From: a virus
IMG/VR virus record: IMGVR_UViG_3300026076_000001
Reading direction: 5' to 3' (one strand)
DNA: 64,000 nt
The notes beneath the pieces are model-generated. The model did not search any database and was not told where the DNA came from. It saw nothing but the letters and a program-made list of their open reading frames with translations. Made by a program: the position numbers and the translations under genes. Position 1 is the stretch's first letter. The number at the start of each line of letters is the position of its first letter. Shown here in pieces: positions 26,213 through 35,561 of the stretch.

Positions 26213-26366
26213 TGCGATAAATTAGTACATTACATTGTGAGTATCCGTGCATCTTACCTGGATCAGGCCATTGACGCACGCATAGAGTAAAATAGGGGTC
26301 ACCTACAAATGTGATGAATCCTTCATCATCACCACACTTGACGTGATCCCCTACATTGAATTTCAT
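26139..26366 (-). CDS. Small beta-barrel-like hypothetical protein
   Basis: MKFNVGDHVKCGDDEGFITFVG resembles an SH3/KOW-type start. Confidence 0.6.
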   Translation of the reverse strand: MKFNVGDHVKCGDDEGFITFVGDPYFTLCVRQWPDPGKMHGYSQCNVLIYRNDWPNCTITRRNDTPPATSNAKGT

Positions 26367-26608
26367 TCAACTTCCTCGAAGTAAATTCCGTGGTATGCAT
26401 TGAATGCATCTAGTGAGAGATAGTCATCGTTGTGTATCTTGATACCACTCTCATCGCCAAGACACATAAACTCTTCAGCGAAATAGAAAGCATTGGTATC
26501 GTGACGCTCACAACAGTCTAAATACTCCTCGACTTGCTCATCACTCATCCCACACGTATCTATGCAGAATGAGAGATCGTCTAACAGTGAATTTAATGTG
26601 GATTCCAT
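26363..26608 (-). CDS. Acidic hypothetical protein (start revised to ATG 26608)
   Basis: MESTLNSLLDDLSFCID; the longer track start overlaps the upstream gene. Confidence 0.6.
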   Translation of the reverse strand: MESTLNSLLDDLSFCIDTCGMSDEQVEEYLDCCERHDTNAFYFAEEFMCLGDESGIKIHNDDYLSLDAFNAYHGIYFEEVE

Positions 26609-26675
26609 TTGTAGAGGGTGTAGATTAGGACAATTGTGCAAATTAAAATGCACGAAAAAGAGACAATAATAATGT

Positions 26676-27077
26676 TCATCTGATGTATAGGTATCCTCCT
26701 GCCCAGTCTGCTCTGTTGTAGCACTCCATACGTGACTTGATGATGCGTAGATCATATCTCACAATGGATGCTGCTTTGTTCCAAGATGCTGGTTTGTATA
26801 CCTCACCAGTTTTCTTGTCAACAAATGCGTGAACTGATGAGTCACGACCATCTTCAACTTGAATGATCTTTAGATACTTACGTCCTTTAGCAATACGAAA
26901 TGTTAGAGGACGAGAGTAAGGACCATTATGATTTCTGTTGTAGTCTGCTTCAAGACACTCAATGAGTTTCTCAGTCCAGTTGTAGATCCTATCCTCAAGG
27001 TTCAATGATGTAACCTTGCCAGATACGAACTCATCAACTGTGATCTCTTGAGCAGCAGCTACAGATTCAAGACTCAT
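26676..27077 (-). CDS. Conserved-looking phage hypothetical protein
   Basis: GRKYLKII...SVHAFVDKKTGEVYKPASW...ADWAGGYLY; AGGAG SD; first gene after an early-type promoter. Confidence 0.8.
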   Translation of the reverse strand: MSLESVAAAQEITVDEFVSGKVTSLNLEDRIYNWTEKLIECLEADYNRNHNGPYSRPLTFRIAKGRKYLKIIQVEDGRDSSVHAFVDKKTGEVYKPASWNKAASIVRYDLRIIKSRMECYNRADWAGGYLYIR

Positions 27078-27104
27078 AAACTCTCCTTTGTTTGGTATGT
27101 ACCT

Positions 27105-27161
27105 ATTATAGTCCTTATCGGTACCGACTCAACCATTTGTGTGACAGTTATTGAACTGGAC
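27105..27161 (-). promoter_or_regulatory. Early-type promoter
   Basis: GACAGTT-ATTG-AACTGGAC from 27143; TATAAT at 27105-27110. Confidence 0.75.
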
Positions 27162-27755
27162 AGTATGTCCATCATCCACCTTGTCAGGCATAGCATTAAA
27201 TGCTAGAGTATAACGAATTGTTTCATTTTCGTTTTCAGTCACGAAGTGCTGCAAACTCGAAGGAAACACGACCATTTTACCACCTTGTGACTGAAATGGC
27301 ACAGTATCGTGTACATTTGTAATCTTAAGCACCTCTTCATTGTATGGGTTAGGCTTTATGAATACCATATTACCTGAGTTCCCTGTAAGGAACACAACAC
27401 CACTATACAATGACCAAGGATGACTGTGTGCTCTATTATAGTCACCCTTTTGATATCTGTTCATCCAAGCAGCATTTATTCTCACATTGCTACTGTAATT
27501 ACCTGGTATACTATTATTAATGGTGTCTAGCTGCTCTTCTGCCCACTTAGAGAATGGTACAAAATCAGAATATGATAGTATACCATCCTGTTTAGGAAAA
27601 TTGAGTACATTACAACTAGAAGAACCACCTGCATATGTCTCAGCAGTATCCCAGTCTACAGTGGTGCAGAGGGATAACAACTGAGCATATATGTCAGGTG
27701 GTACATCAAACTCAAATACAGGAGTTGGAAACAGGTTGTACCGTTCAAATTTCAT
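27129..27755 (-). CDS. 2OG-Fe(II) oxygenase-like protein (HxH...H type)
   Basis: LFPTPV, AWMN, AHSHPWSLYSGVVFL, VFPSSLQHFV, RYTLAFN. Confidence 0.9.
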   Translation of the reverse strand: MKFERYNLFPTPVFEFDVPPDIYAQLLSLCTTVDWDTAETYAGGSSSCNVLNFPKQDGILSYSDFVPFSKWAEEQLDTINNSIPGNYSSNVRINAAWMNRYQKGDYNRAHSHPWSLYSGVVFLTGNSGNMVFIKPNPYNEEVLKITNVHDTVPFQSQGGKMVVFPSSLQHFVTENENETIRYTLAFNAMPDKVDDGHTVQFNNCHTNG

Positions 27756-27955
27756 TGTAATACAGGTGCACAGGTTAGATCATACTTATCAACCATCCTC
27801 TTACAGTACATACAACCTAGTGCAGAGAATGAGAAGTTGAATACTCTCATAGCTCCATCACAATGAGGACAAATGACATACTTGCCTTGTCTTGGTGCTC
27901 TTGTGTATCGTGTGACTTTAGGGAATTGCATTGATACCTCATTAATGTATTTCAT
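27752..27955 (-). CDS. Small Cys-rich (zinc-ribbon-like) protein
   Basis: CPHC...CMYC; likely start ATG 27931 with a GAGG SD. Confidence 0.65.
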   Translation of the reverse strand: MKYINEVSMQFPKVTRYTRAPRQGKYVICPHCDGAMRVFNFSFSALGCMYCKRMVDKYDLTCAPVLQ

Positions 27956-28010
27956 TATAGCATTAAAAAACCCCCTGTGAAGGGGGTTGATGTGACACTT
28001 ATTGAACTGC
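27954..28010 (-). promoter_or_regulatory. Early-type promoter with terminator hairpin
   Basis: GACACTT-ATTG-AACTG from 27994, hairpin AACCCCC/GGGGGTT, TTAATGCTATAAT. Confidence 0.75.
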
Positions 28011-28301
28011 TACTCGATCTGGAACTTTAAGTCCAGCGTTCTGTAGAATGTTCACAACAAATGCCTCAAGATAGATTAGAGGTAGTACCACGAAGTCAAA
28101 CCCACGTAATTTTGTGATGTCTGCTGGTGGTTTTAGTGCTGCTGGTGCAGGTGCCTCTACTTTAGGTGTCTCCGTCACTTTAGGTGCCTCTACTACTGAT
28201 GTAGTATTTAATACTGCTTTGGATACTGCTTTAGGTGCTGTAGCTTTCTTAGCAGTTGCAGTGGACTTGCGTGTACGGCGACGAGTTGAGGTTGTGGTCA
28301 A
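27999..28301 (-). CDS. Basic, Ala/Lys/Thr/Pro-rich protein with a hydrophobic C-terminal segment
   Basis: TSTRRRTRKSTATAKKATAPKA...PKVTETPKVE...FVVLPLIYLEAFVVNIL. Confidence 0.65.
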   Translation of the reverse strand: MTTTSTRRRTRKSTATAKKATAPKAVSKAVLNTTSVVEAPKVTETPKVEAPAPAALKPPADITKLRGFDFVVLPLIYLEAFVVNILQNAGLKVPDRVAVQ

Positions 28302-28326
28302 GTGTTGAACTTGCGAACGTGATACT

Positions 28327-28382
28327 ATTATAAGGGTAGTTTGTTCGGAATGGTGGAAATACGTGCACTTTGTAAACTGGCA
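28327..28382 (-). promoter_or_regulatory. Early-type promoter (within the 3' end of the methyltransferase gene)
   Basis: TGCACTT-TGTA-AACTGGCA from 28364; TATAAT at 28327-28332. Confidence 0.6.
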
Positions 28383-29275
28383 TAGTCCTCGTTCAACTCA
28401 CACCCTATGTACGAACGACCTAGATCCTTGGCTACCATTGCTGTTGTGCCACTTCCTAGAAATGGATCAAGTATGATGTCACCACGCTCTGAACCTGCTA
28501 GAATACAAGGACGGATCAACTCAGGTGGATACGTAGCGAAGTGAGCACCCTTATAAGGTTTCTTATTTACTGACCAGACAGAGCGTTTATTGCGTTTTGT
28601 ATATGATTTTGTAAGACCTGTATGCGGTTGGAGTCCTGTTCCTGGATTGTGGTACTTACCATTTGTTCTGTCTCTTGTTCCCCAGTCTTGCTTAACTGGT
28701 TCTTTAATTGCTTCGTTGTCATAGTGATAGTATTTACTCTTACTTAATAGAAATATGTACTCGTGTGACTTGGTACACCTATCCTTGACTGACTCAGGCA
28801 TAGGATTAGGTTTATGCCATATAATATCCTGACGTAGATACCATCCATCTGCACGCAATGCAAATGCTAACATCCAAGGGATACCAATAAGATCTTTATC
28901 TTTATATCCTACTAGCTTGTTAGATCTACGTGGTGTGGTCTTGGGTAAGTCTTGTCTACTCTCAGAGAATGTCTGCTTAGGTATGCAACCATCCTTTCTA
29001 TAGTTATAGTATGAATCACCTATGTTTAACCATAGTGTACCATCATCAGTCAGTACATCACGTACCTTTCTGAATACATCAACTAATTCTTCTACAAATT
29101 CTTCAGGTGACTGCTCTTGTCCAATCTGATTATCTTCACCACCATAATCTCTTAAGCCATAGTAAGGTGGTGAGGTGACACACATACGTGGTTTCTCAGC
29201 AATCCCAGTTGTAATTTGTGCTTTGAGTGTGCTGAGTGTCTTACGACAGTCACCAAATAATACTGTATCTCTCAA
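28328..29275 (-). CDS. Beta-class amino (probably N4-cytosine) DNA methyltransferase
   Basis: Motif IV VTSPPYYGLRDY near the N-terminus, motif I DPFLGSGTT near the C-terminus; WHKPNPMPES and HFATYP; SPPY..LRDY recalls the M.SmaI/M.Cfr9I family. Confidence 0.9.
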   Translation of the reverse strand: MRDTVLFGDCRKTLSTLKAQITTGIAEKPRMCVTSPPYYGLRDYGGEDNQIGQEQSPEEFVEELVDVFRKVRDVLTDDGTLWLNIGDSYYNYRKDGCIPKQTFSESRQDLPKTTPRRSNKLVGYKDKDLIGIPWMLAFALRADGWYLRQDIIWHKPNPMPESVKDRCTKSHEYIFLLSKSKYYHYDNEAIKEPVKQDWGTRDRTNGKYHNPGTGLQPHTGLTKSYTKRNKRSVWSVNKKPYKGAHFATYPPELIRPCILAGSERGDIILDPFLGSGTTAMVAKDLGRSYIGCELNEDYASLQSARISTIPNKLPL

Positions 29276-29562
29276 CGTTCAACATTACGGATCTTATCAA
29301 GTATACCACTTCCTAGATTCTTTTGCAACTCGTGAAACTGCTGTCTCTTGGTCATATCAGAGCAAGCATTGAATTTCTGTGCTGTCATCACCTCTGCAAA
29401 CATATGCCTATAGGTGTGTAACATTTCTTTAAGATACCCACGCTCATCCCTACTGAGCACCAGATCACGGTAGTCTGTTAGATCCATAGTTGACCCCTTA
29501 TGAAGAGATGAGTTTGAGTGTGCACCCATTGGCTTTTCCTGTAATTGTGATGATTCTAACAC
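29272..29562 (-). CDS. Hypothetical protein (start uncertain: TTG 29562 or a downstream ATG)
   Basis: Coupled (ATGA) to the methyltransferase gene. Confidence 0.55.
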   Translation of the reverse strand: MLESSQLQEKPMGAHSNSSLHKGSTMDLTDYRDLVLSRDERGYLKEMLHTYRHMFAEVMTAQKFNACSDMTKRQQFHELQKNLGSGILDKIRNVER

Positions 29563-29563
29563 A

Positions 29564-29571
29564 TATTTATA
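29564..29571 (-). promoter_or_regulatory. T4 late promoter TATAAATA
   Basis: tatttata on the plus strand, upstream of the ORF+methyltransferase pair; a TG-n-TAGAAT extended -10 lies just downstream. Confidence 0.6.
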
Positions 29572-29597
29572 GGCAAAAACCTCTCCTTAAGGGTATC

Positions 29598-32500
29598 TTA
29601 AGATTGCTTGTATGCTTGTAGGTCTTTGGTAACCACTGAGAATGTGCCTAAACCTGATATGTCAGCGACTGCTGTACTACCACTAAATGCTGCTAGTTCT
29701 GCTACTGCACCTAGTGCACCCCAGAAGAATCTAGTACCATCACGATAGTTAGAGCTAGTTGATACACTAAACTCAACATTAAATAGTCCTCGTGCAGACA
29801 TAGACATAGACAAATCAGCTTTAGACCAGTAAACAAACTGTGATCCTACCTCTCTATAACTAGCATCTTGCTTACTCATATCTGTTGGTATCTTAGTTGT
29901 CAAACACTGACGATCATTAGGAGTACCACTGTTAGCACTGGATGATGATGTCATTATAGTACTGTGCTCAGGACCATTAATGACTAGACCAGCAGGATCA
30001 GTAATACCTGACGTGCTAATCTTACCAATACGTGTTATATTAGCAGCATCTGGTGTTTTATTCTGTATATTACTATTACCACCATCAGATCTTGTTGTTA
30101 GATTAGCAGATGTGATCTCTATAATATATGTGTCAATCTGTGAGAACTGGTTAGTAATAGCTGCCAGTACAAATAATCTATCATTCCAACACTGTAGTTG
30201 ACGATATCTTAACTGTGTAGCAGTATGAACGTCATCCTCATTCTCTGTAATAGTTGTATCTACACTTGGTTGCTCAACAAATCCCCAACGCATATCTTTA
30301 ACTATGTCAGCACCTTGAGAGTTGTTGATAATAAAACTAGTGACTGAGTATGGATGATCTTCATAACCTGAAGCCCAACTGGTTGTACCATTAATAGTTT
30401 GTTGAGTATTACATATGAGTACTACACCATTTGTTTTACTAGACTGTGTTTCTTGTCCACCAACTGCAAATGAGTATCCCCAAGGTGATTGTTGTGTGTT
30501 ATGAATAGAATCAACACCCTTCTGGAATCGGAATGTATTTAATTTAAGATCATCACCGAGTACATATCCTGAAGAGTTAGACCCTGTTGTAGCATCAGGT
30601 GTGCTGCCATTATATTCAATAACACCATACATACCACGAGTAGTGGCACCTGTCGTATCATAGAGAGAACCTGCATATCCTACGTAAAGTGTTGAGTTGT
30701 CATTACTATCTGATTGGAATACATCTAAACCAAATACACCATCAATAGCATTATTAGAGACACCAGCACCAACCTTAACTGATGTACTACTATTCTGTGC
30801 TGCTACAATTGTGGGTGCACCACTACCAGCAACAGTTAAAGGAATACAAGATATAACAGCGTGTTGTGTTGGTACTGTTGTTGCTAGTGATGTGAAATGT
30901 CCACCAACAAATAGTTTAGCAGTGTTAGTACTATCCATAGTTACTGCTACACAATGAAGCTGGAAGTTAGCAGTTGCATCTCCCAACGTAGATGTATCAC
31001 TATTAGTGAAATGATAATCCCATTGGAATGTTAAATCTTTATCGTAGCAGGTAATATATCCTACACCATAGTTGTTACCACCAGTAGTATCAGCAGCCCA
31101 ACCAACTGTGTATATATTTCCTACTTCATCTATTACTACATCTTTAGGATAAGTATTATATCCTGTATCATACATTCTAGTCTCTACACCACCAGTAGGA
31201 GTGTGACGACTGAGTAACTGTTTACGAATGGTACTACCATCAAAATACTGTGATACAGTAATCATACCATTAGGATGCTCTTGCTTCTTAATTCTTGATT
31301 CTTCAATAGATCCATCACCCTGTAGCTTAGTGTACGTTGCTACATCAAAGTCTGTTTGTGCGTTGTCAGTACTAACTGTCTGATCAACATACAAATGTGC
31401 AGGACAAGATGCTTTAGGTTCAATTAAACTAAGTTCAGCTGACTCTTCAAATGTCTGTAAGAATATACCTTGAGAACCACGACGCTCTGCTCTATCCCAA
31501 GCTCTAGTGCTAGTAGTATCTAACTGTAGATTTTGTGTGGGTGCTACCCATAAGAATCTACCATTATATGTACCACTATCTAATGTCTCTAGTCTCTTAG
31601 CATTACCAGGTATAGTTGTTGCTTGGTAAGTAGCAGTCTTTTGTTGTGTACCTAACTGTGATGGGTTGACTGTCTGATTGTAATCAGTATTCCAACCAGT
31701 ACAACACCTCAACAGTTTCCATTTCTCTGTACCATTTGAATCAACAACGTTGGCATCATATAACATTTCCTCCCAACATCTTACCACTGTTGCAGGAGTA
31801 TATGAGAATCTTCTTAGTCTAAGATCAGTAGTTCCTACTGGTGGGAATAGATCTCTTACCTCAATTGGTCCAATCAAGTCACCATTGTGAGGTAATTTGA
31901 ATATAACATTATCAACGAAATGACCAGATGATCCAACATTACTATCACTAACGTGACGTGCAGTAACTATCATATTGTTGAATGCATCAAAGTTGATGCT
32001 ATCTAATAATACACCACCATTTTGTTCTGATTGATAATAATATGGTGGGAACTGTGCTGCATTGTTGTTAGTATACTCTAGAATATTATCTACTAGACTT
32101 CTAATTTCTCTAATATAATCAATACTGCCATCGAAATTAACTTTGGCAATGAATCCAATATAACTATTCTTATTTCTATATGGAGAACTGTTAGGTAGTC
32201 CCTCTGTCTGGTATACTACATTTCCAACATAGTATATTCCATTAACAAATACTTTACTGTCAGCTACTGAAATTTGTGGCAGACCTCTGGTATCCATCTC
32301 TTGCCCTGATCCACTCGCTGCTTGAGAATCATTATTTCTATCTCTCTTAGCACCATCAGGAATTGCAAAGAAGTTACGTACCCATTCAAATGCTCCTGTT
32401 GATTTAATTGCTTTCTGTAATCCTACAAAGTTATGATATCTAGCAGTATATGACCAATAGTTCTGGTTATCTCTTTGTTGAGTACCACCAAGCATTTCAA

Positions 32501-33827
32501 CTGTGATAGCTGGAGCTAGTCCAGCAGTGGTAACATACTCATAGGTACTACCAGCACCCCATTCTTTCTCTACCTTACATACTTTAGGTACCACAACCTC
32601 AGTTGACTGACCATAACGTATGAATTCAAAGTCAGTAATACTACTGAAATCATATCTTAAATATGCACCTAGGTTCTCAGTACTGATATTGTTAGAGTGA
32701 CCAGTATCAGTATAGAAATAGTAGTCACTATTACCAGAAGCAGTACTCACACTACCAGCTTGATCGTGATATCTACGCTCCTTAGTGGTACTAGTCCAAG
32801 GTATAACTAGATGACCACTACTATCAAATGAAATCTTAGCATTTTGATCCCAACCACCAGGATATACTATCTCTCTAGCATTAACAGAAACACCAGTGAA
32901 AGGTATCTTAAGGATATGCATTGTACTTCTAGACAATGACATATCAGTTGTAGAAGCATTAGCAGCAACTAAACAATAGAAACATAGATTGGTTTCATCA
33001 ATCAGTATGTTAGATGTAGATTGTGGTCTACCACCAAAGTGAGGACCATCTAATGAATATACATCACACTGTCTTTGTTGTGTTGTGTCTACTCCAAGAG
33101 TGGCATATGTATCACCATCACTACGCTGATTAGTGCTAGAATCATTATTCCAATGGAAATAACTATTTCCACTTTGTAGTCCAGGTCTACCAACTACTTT
33201 GCTTAGCTGTAGATCAGGTGCACCAATGTAAGGTTGTCTGTTAGTACTCTGAGATTCTTGACTTCTGTTAAAGAATACGTTGGAATAACTATGAGATGCA
33301 CTACCTTCTGTTACCTTGTTGATTGCAGCAGGGTAGTTAGTTGCGTTAGAACTCTTATATACATTCTCCCACTGTCTTGTACCAGATGAGTTAAACTTAA
33401 TGAAGTGATAGATCGCATCATTAGTACCATCTTGCCAAGCAGCATCAGTATCGTCTGCTCTCTTACCATTATAGTTGTTTGCACCACTAAGATCAGTGGT
33501 TTCCATTACACAGATGTATACACTATTATCTGTTGTATTACATCCTAGTGCACAAGGGTAGCAGTTCTTTGCTGAAGATATAGTATACTGCCAAGATATA
33601 CCACCAATAGCACCTATCTTAGCAATGATAGCATTGTATAAACCAGTTAGAGGGTTTCTCTCTCCATTAAGAGTATAAACCTCACCAGAACTTGATGTAG
33701 CAACATCAAACATTCCAGAAGGTTTACGGTAACTAGCGTCATTCAGGTTAGCACGCTTTGCTTCTATAAGTGTATAGAAATTGCCTCCCTGACCTGAGGC
33801 CATCATTTTACCAGAGAATAATGCCAT
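29598..33827 (-). CDS. Large virion/tail-tip protein with beta-propeller-like repeats (1409 aa)
   Basis: SBBP-like repeats (IDEVGNIYTVGW, FDAFNNMIVTA, FDSSGHLVIP); short MALFSGKMMASGQGG leader following the adapter gene. Confidence 0.6.
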   Translation of the reverse strand: MALFSGKMMASGQGGNFYTLIEAKRANLNDASYRKPSGMFDVATSSSGEVYTLNGERNPLTGLYNAIIAKIGAIGGISWQYTISSAKNCYPCALGCNTTDNSVYICVMETTDLSGANNYNGKRADDTDAAWQDGTNDAIYHFIKFNSSGTRQWENVYKSSNATNYPAAINKVTEGSASHSYSNVFFNRSQESQSTNRQPYIGAPDLQLSKVVGRPGLQSGNSYFHWNNDSSTNQRSDGDTYATLGVDTTQQRQCDVYSLDGPHFGGRPQSTSNILIDETNLCFYCLVAANASTTDMSLSRSTMHILKIPFTGVSVNAREIVYPGGWDQNAKISFDSSGHLVIPWTSTTKERRYHDQAGSVSTASGNSDYYFYTDTGHSNNISTENLGAYLRYDFSSITDFEFIRYGQSTEVVVPKVCKVEKEWGAGSTYEYVTTAGLAPAITVEMLGGTQQRDNQNYWSYTARYHNFVGLQKAIKSTGAFEWVRNFFAIPDGAKRDRNNDSQAASGSGQEMDTRGLPQISVADSKVFVNGIYYVGNVVYQTEGLPNSSPYRNKNSYIGFIAKVNFDGSIDYIREIRSLVDNILEYTNNNAAQFPPYYYQSEQNGGVLLDSINFDAFNNMIVTARHVSDSNVGSSGHFVDNVIFKLPHNGDLIGPIEVRDLFPPVGTTDLRLRRFSYTPATVVRCWEEMLYDANVVDSNGTEKWKLLRCCTGWNTDYNQTVNPSQLGTQQKTATYQATTIPGNAKRLETLDSGTYNGRFLWVAPTQNLQLDTTSTRAWDRAERRGSQGIFLQTFEESAELSLIEPKASCPAHLYVDQTVSTDNAQTDFDVATYTKLQGDGSIEESRIKKQEHPNGMITVSQYFDGSTIRKQLLSRHTPTGGVETRMYDTGYNTYPKDVVIDEVGNIYTVGWAADTTGGNNYGVGYITCYDKDLTFQWDYHFTNSDTSTLGDATANFQLHCVAVTMDSTNTAKLFVGGHFTSLATTVPTQHAVISCIPLTVAGSGAPTIVAAQNSSTSVKVGAGVSNNAIDGVFGLDVFQSDSNDNSTLYVGYAGSLYDTTGATTRGMYGVIEYNGSTPDATTGSNSSGYVLGDDLKLNTFRFQKGVDSIHNTQQSPWGYSFAVGGQETQSSKTNGVVLICNTQQTINGTTSWASGYEDHPYSVTSFIINNSQGADIVKDMRWGFVEQPSVDTTITENEDDVHTATQLRYRQLQCWNDRLFVLAAITNQFSQIDTYIIEITSANLTTRSDGGNSNIQNKTPDAANITRIGKISTSGITDPAGLVINGPEHSTIMTSSSSANSGTPNDRQCLTTKIPTDMSKQDASYREVGSQFVYWSKADLSMSMSARGLFNVEFSVSTSSNYRDGTRFFWGALGAVAELAAFSGSTAVADISGLGTFSVVTKDLQAYKQS

Positions 33828-33830
33828 TGT

Positions 33831-34748
33831 TTAGAACTCTTGACCAGATGTGAATCCGTAGTAAATTGTACCACCTGTAAAGGTAGTGAATAAGAAGATG
33901 TCAGTAGCGTTAGGGTTAGTAGATACTGTTGGTACAACACCACCAGCCCATTTAACTGTACGACCTACAAAATTAGTTAGGTCAACCACTCTACCACCTA
34001 CACCATCTTGTGTCAAAACAAGTACGAAACTAGTTGATGCTCCAGCTTGCTCACCAGATACTGTGAATCCAGTAATATTTTCAGTAAGGTTAATACTAAA
34101 GATAGCTGCCTGTGTTAGGTCAATTACTACACTACCAGATGATATACTTTCAGACTGAACCTTCTCTGAGTATGAAGGTACGTGCAATCTAGCAGGGTTA
34201 CCTCCTAGTGTAGCAGTAAAGTAATCTTCTGTTTCTTTAAATGAGAACTTAGCATTGAGTTCAGTACCTCTTTCAATTTCAATACCAGCATCACCATCTG
34301 CGTGTTGAATACCAGCACCTACTTCACCAGAGTTGAGAACAATAGTATTATCTGAAATTGTAGTGTTGGTAGTATTTACTGTAGTCTGAGTACCTTGTAC
34401 TGTTAAGTCTCCCGTTACTATGGCGTTAGGTGCTGTCAATGTGTTTAATGCAGCATCATAAGAGAACCCTGTCTCTCCACCAAAACCTGTACCAGTTTTA
34501 TACTGGATTTGTCCGTCAGCACTACCACCTGACGCTGACTCTGTACCACGTGCCAAGTAATTCCAACTTGCGTGTGGTGTGTTGTTATTTGAGGGATCGT
34601 TCCCTGTACTGTTAGCTACACAGATATATGCAGAGGTAGTAGCTCCATCATAGAAACTTACTGCATCATCAGGTTCATAGGCAGTACCAGATGCGTACGT
34701 GCCTTGCCACTTGATTTTTATCTTGCCAACATCAATTGTGAGTGCCAT
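33831..34748 (-). CDS. Tail-fibre/adapter-like protein, paralog A (305 aa)
   Basis: IDVGKIKIKWQG..Y...D...SAYIC N-terminus and VKWAGGVVPT...TDIF...GGTIYYGFTSGQEF C-terminus, both shared with 35561-36817. Confidence 0.65.
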   Translation of the reverse strand: MALTIDVGKIKIKWQGTYASGTAYEPDDAVSFYDGATTSAYICVANSTGNDPSNNNTPHASWNYLARGTESASGGSADGQIQYKTGTGFGGETGFSYDAALNTLTAPNAIVTGDLTVQGTQTTVNTTNTTISDNTIVLNSGEVGAGIQHADGDAGIEIERGTELNAKFSFKETEDYFTATLGGNPARLHVPSYSEKVQSESISSGSVVIDLTQAAIFSINLTENITGFTVSGEQAGASTSFVLVLTQDGVGGRVVDLTNFVGRTVKWAGGVVPTVSTNPNATDIFLFTTFTGGTIYYGFTSGQEF

Positions 34749-34778
34749 TTAACTCAGAAGATACTTGTTCTCTTTACC

Positions 34779-34785
34779 TATTTAG
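34779..34785 (-). promoter_or_regulatory. Late promoter CTAAATA
   Basis: tatttag on the plus strand, 31 nt upstream of ATG 34748. Confidence 0.6.
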
Positions 34786-35561
34786 TGGAGCCATAACTCC
34801 CATTCATTCATAATTCTATATTCATTATACGCATCAGTCGTACCGTGAATACAGTATGAATTATATGTCTCACCTCTTTGTGATCCCCAGCTTCTATACT
34901 GAGTATTAGAGTGATAGTTATTGCCTGAACACCAGTTACCTGGATCTAGACTACGCATATTACTATTCCAAGATCCACTTGGATTACCATCCCATACTAC
35001 AGTCCAGTATCCCTGACCATTGTTTTCATAAGGAGAATTATTAATGATACCATTGTAATTCTCATTCATATATCCACAGTCAGCAGTATCACTACCATAT
35101 GTGTGTGCTTGCATCCACCAACGCATAGATGTATGTGCAGGTAATCGGTATCTAATAGTTGATAGAGAGTTACCACCTTGGTGTGATTGTTCTCTACCTA
35201 TTCTAAACCTACCAGTACCGATACTAGTATGAGAGTCTGTATTATTATCTTCAGTCCAAGCAGGAATTATGCTGCTAGGACTACCATATCGTAACCAATC
35301 AATTTGACTGTAATTGTTACCAAAGAACCACCTATCATAATTAATCCAACCATACTCATTAGTGCCATACCTATCACTATCATCATATTGGAATTGGAAA
35401 GAACCATTTCCAGGTATGCTTACCCAAGCAGTGCTACCACGAAGTCCTCCATTATATGCTTCTTTTGCTGAGATTGCTGGATTACCAGCAGATGATCCAT
35501 TACCTCCTCCAGCACCAGATGCAGTTGTAATAATAGCTTTAGCGAAACCTATAGGCGACAT
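34782..35561 (-). CDS. Putative tail-tip/adhesin protein (259 aa; start revised to ATG 35561)
   Basis: TAATG overlap with the upstream gene; MSPIGFAKAIITTASGAGGG leader; Trp/Tyr/Asn/Gly-rich body. Confidence 0.6.
   Translation of the reverse strand: MSPIGFAKAIITTASGAGGGNGSSAGNPAISAKEAYNGGLRGSTAWVSIPGNGSFQFQYDDSDRYGTNEYGWINYDRWFFGNNYSQIDWLRYGSPSSIIPAWTEDNNTDSHTSIGTGRFRIGREQSHQGGNSLSTIRYRLPAHTSMRWWMQAHTYGSDTADCGYMNENYNGIINNSPYENNGQGYWTVVWDGNPSGSWNSNMRSLDPGNWCSGNNYHSNTQYRSWGSQRGETYNSYCIHGTTDAYNEYRIMNEWELWLH

Noticed and set aside
16926-28382. Dispersed repeats with hairpins could suggest a CRISPR array or MITE-like elements
   Set aside because: Irregular spacing, degenerate copies, and a fixed distance to a -10 box in front of genes; they are better explained as promoters/terminators
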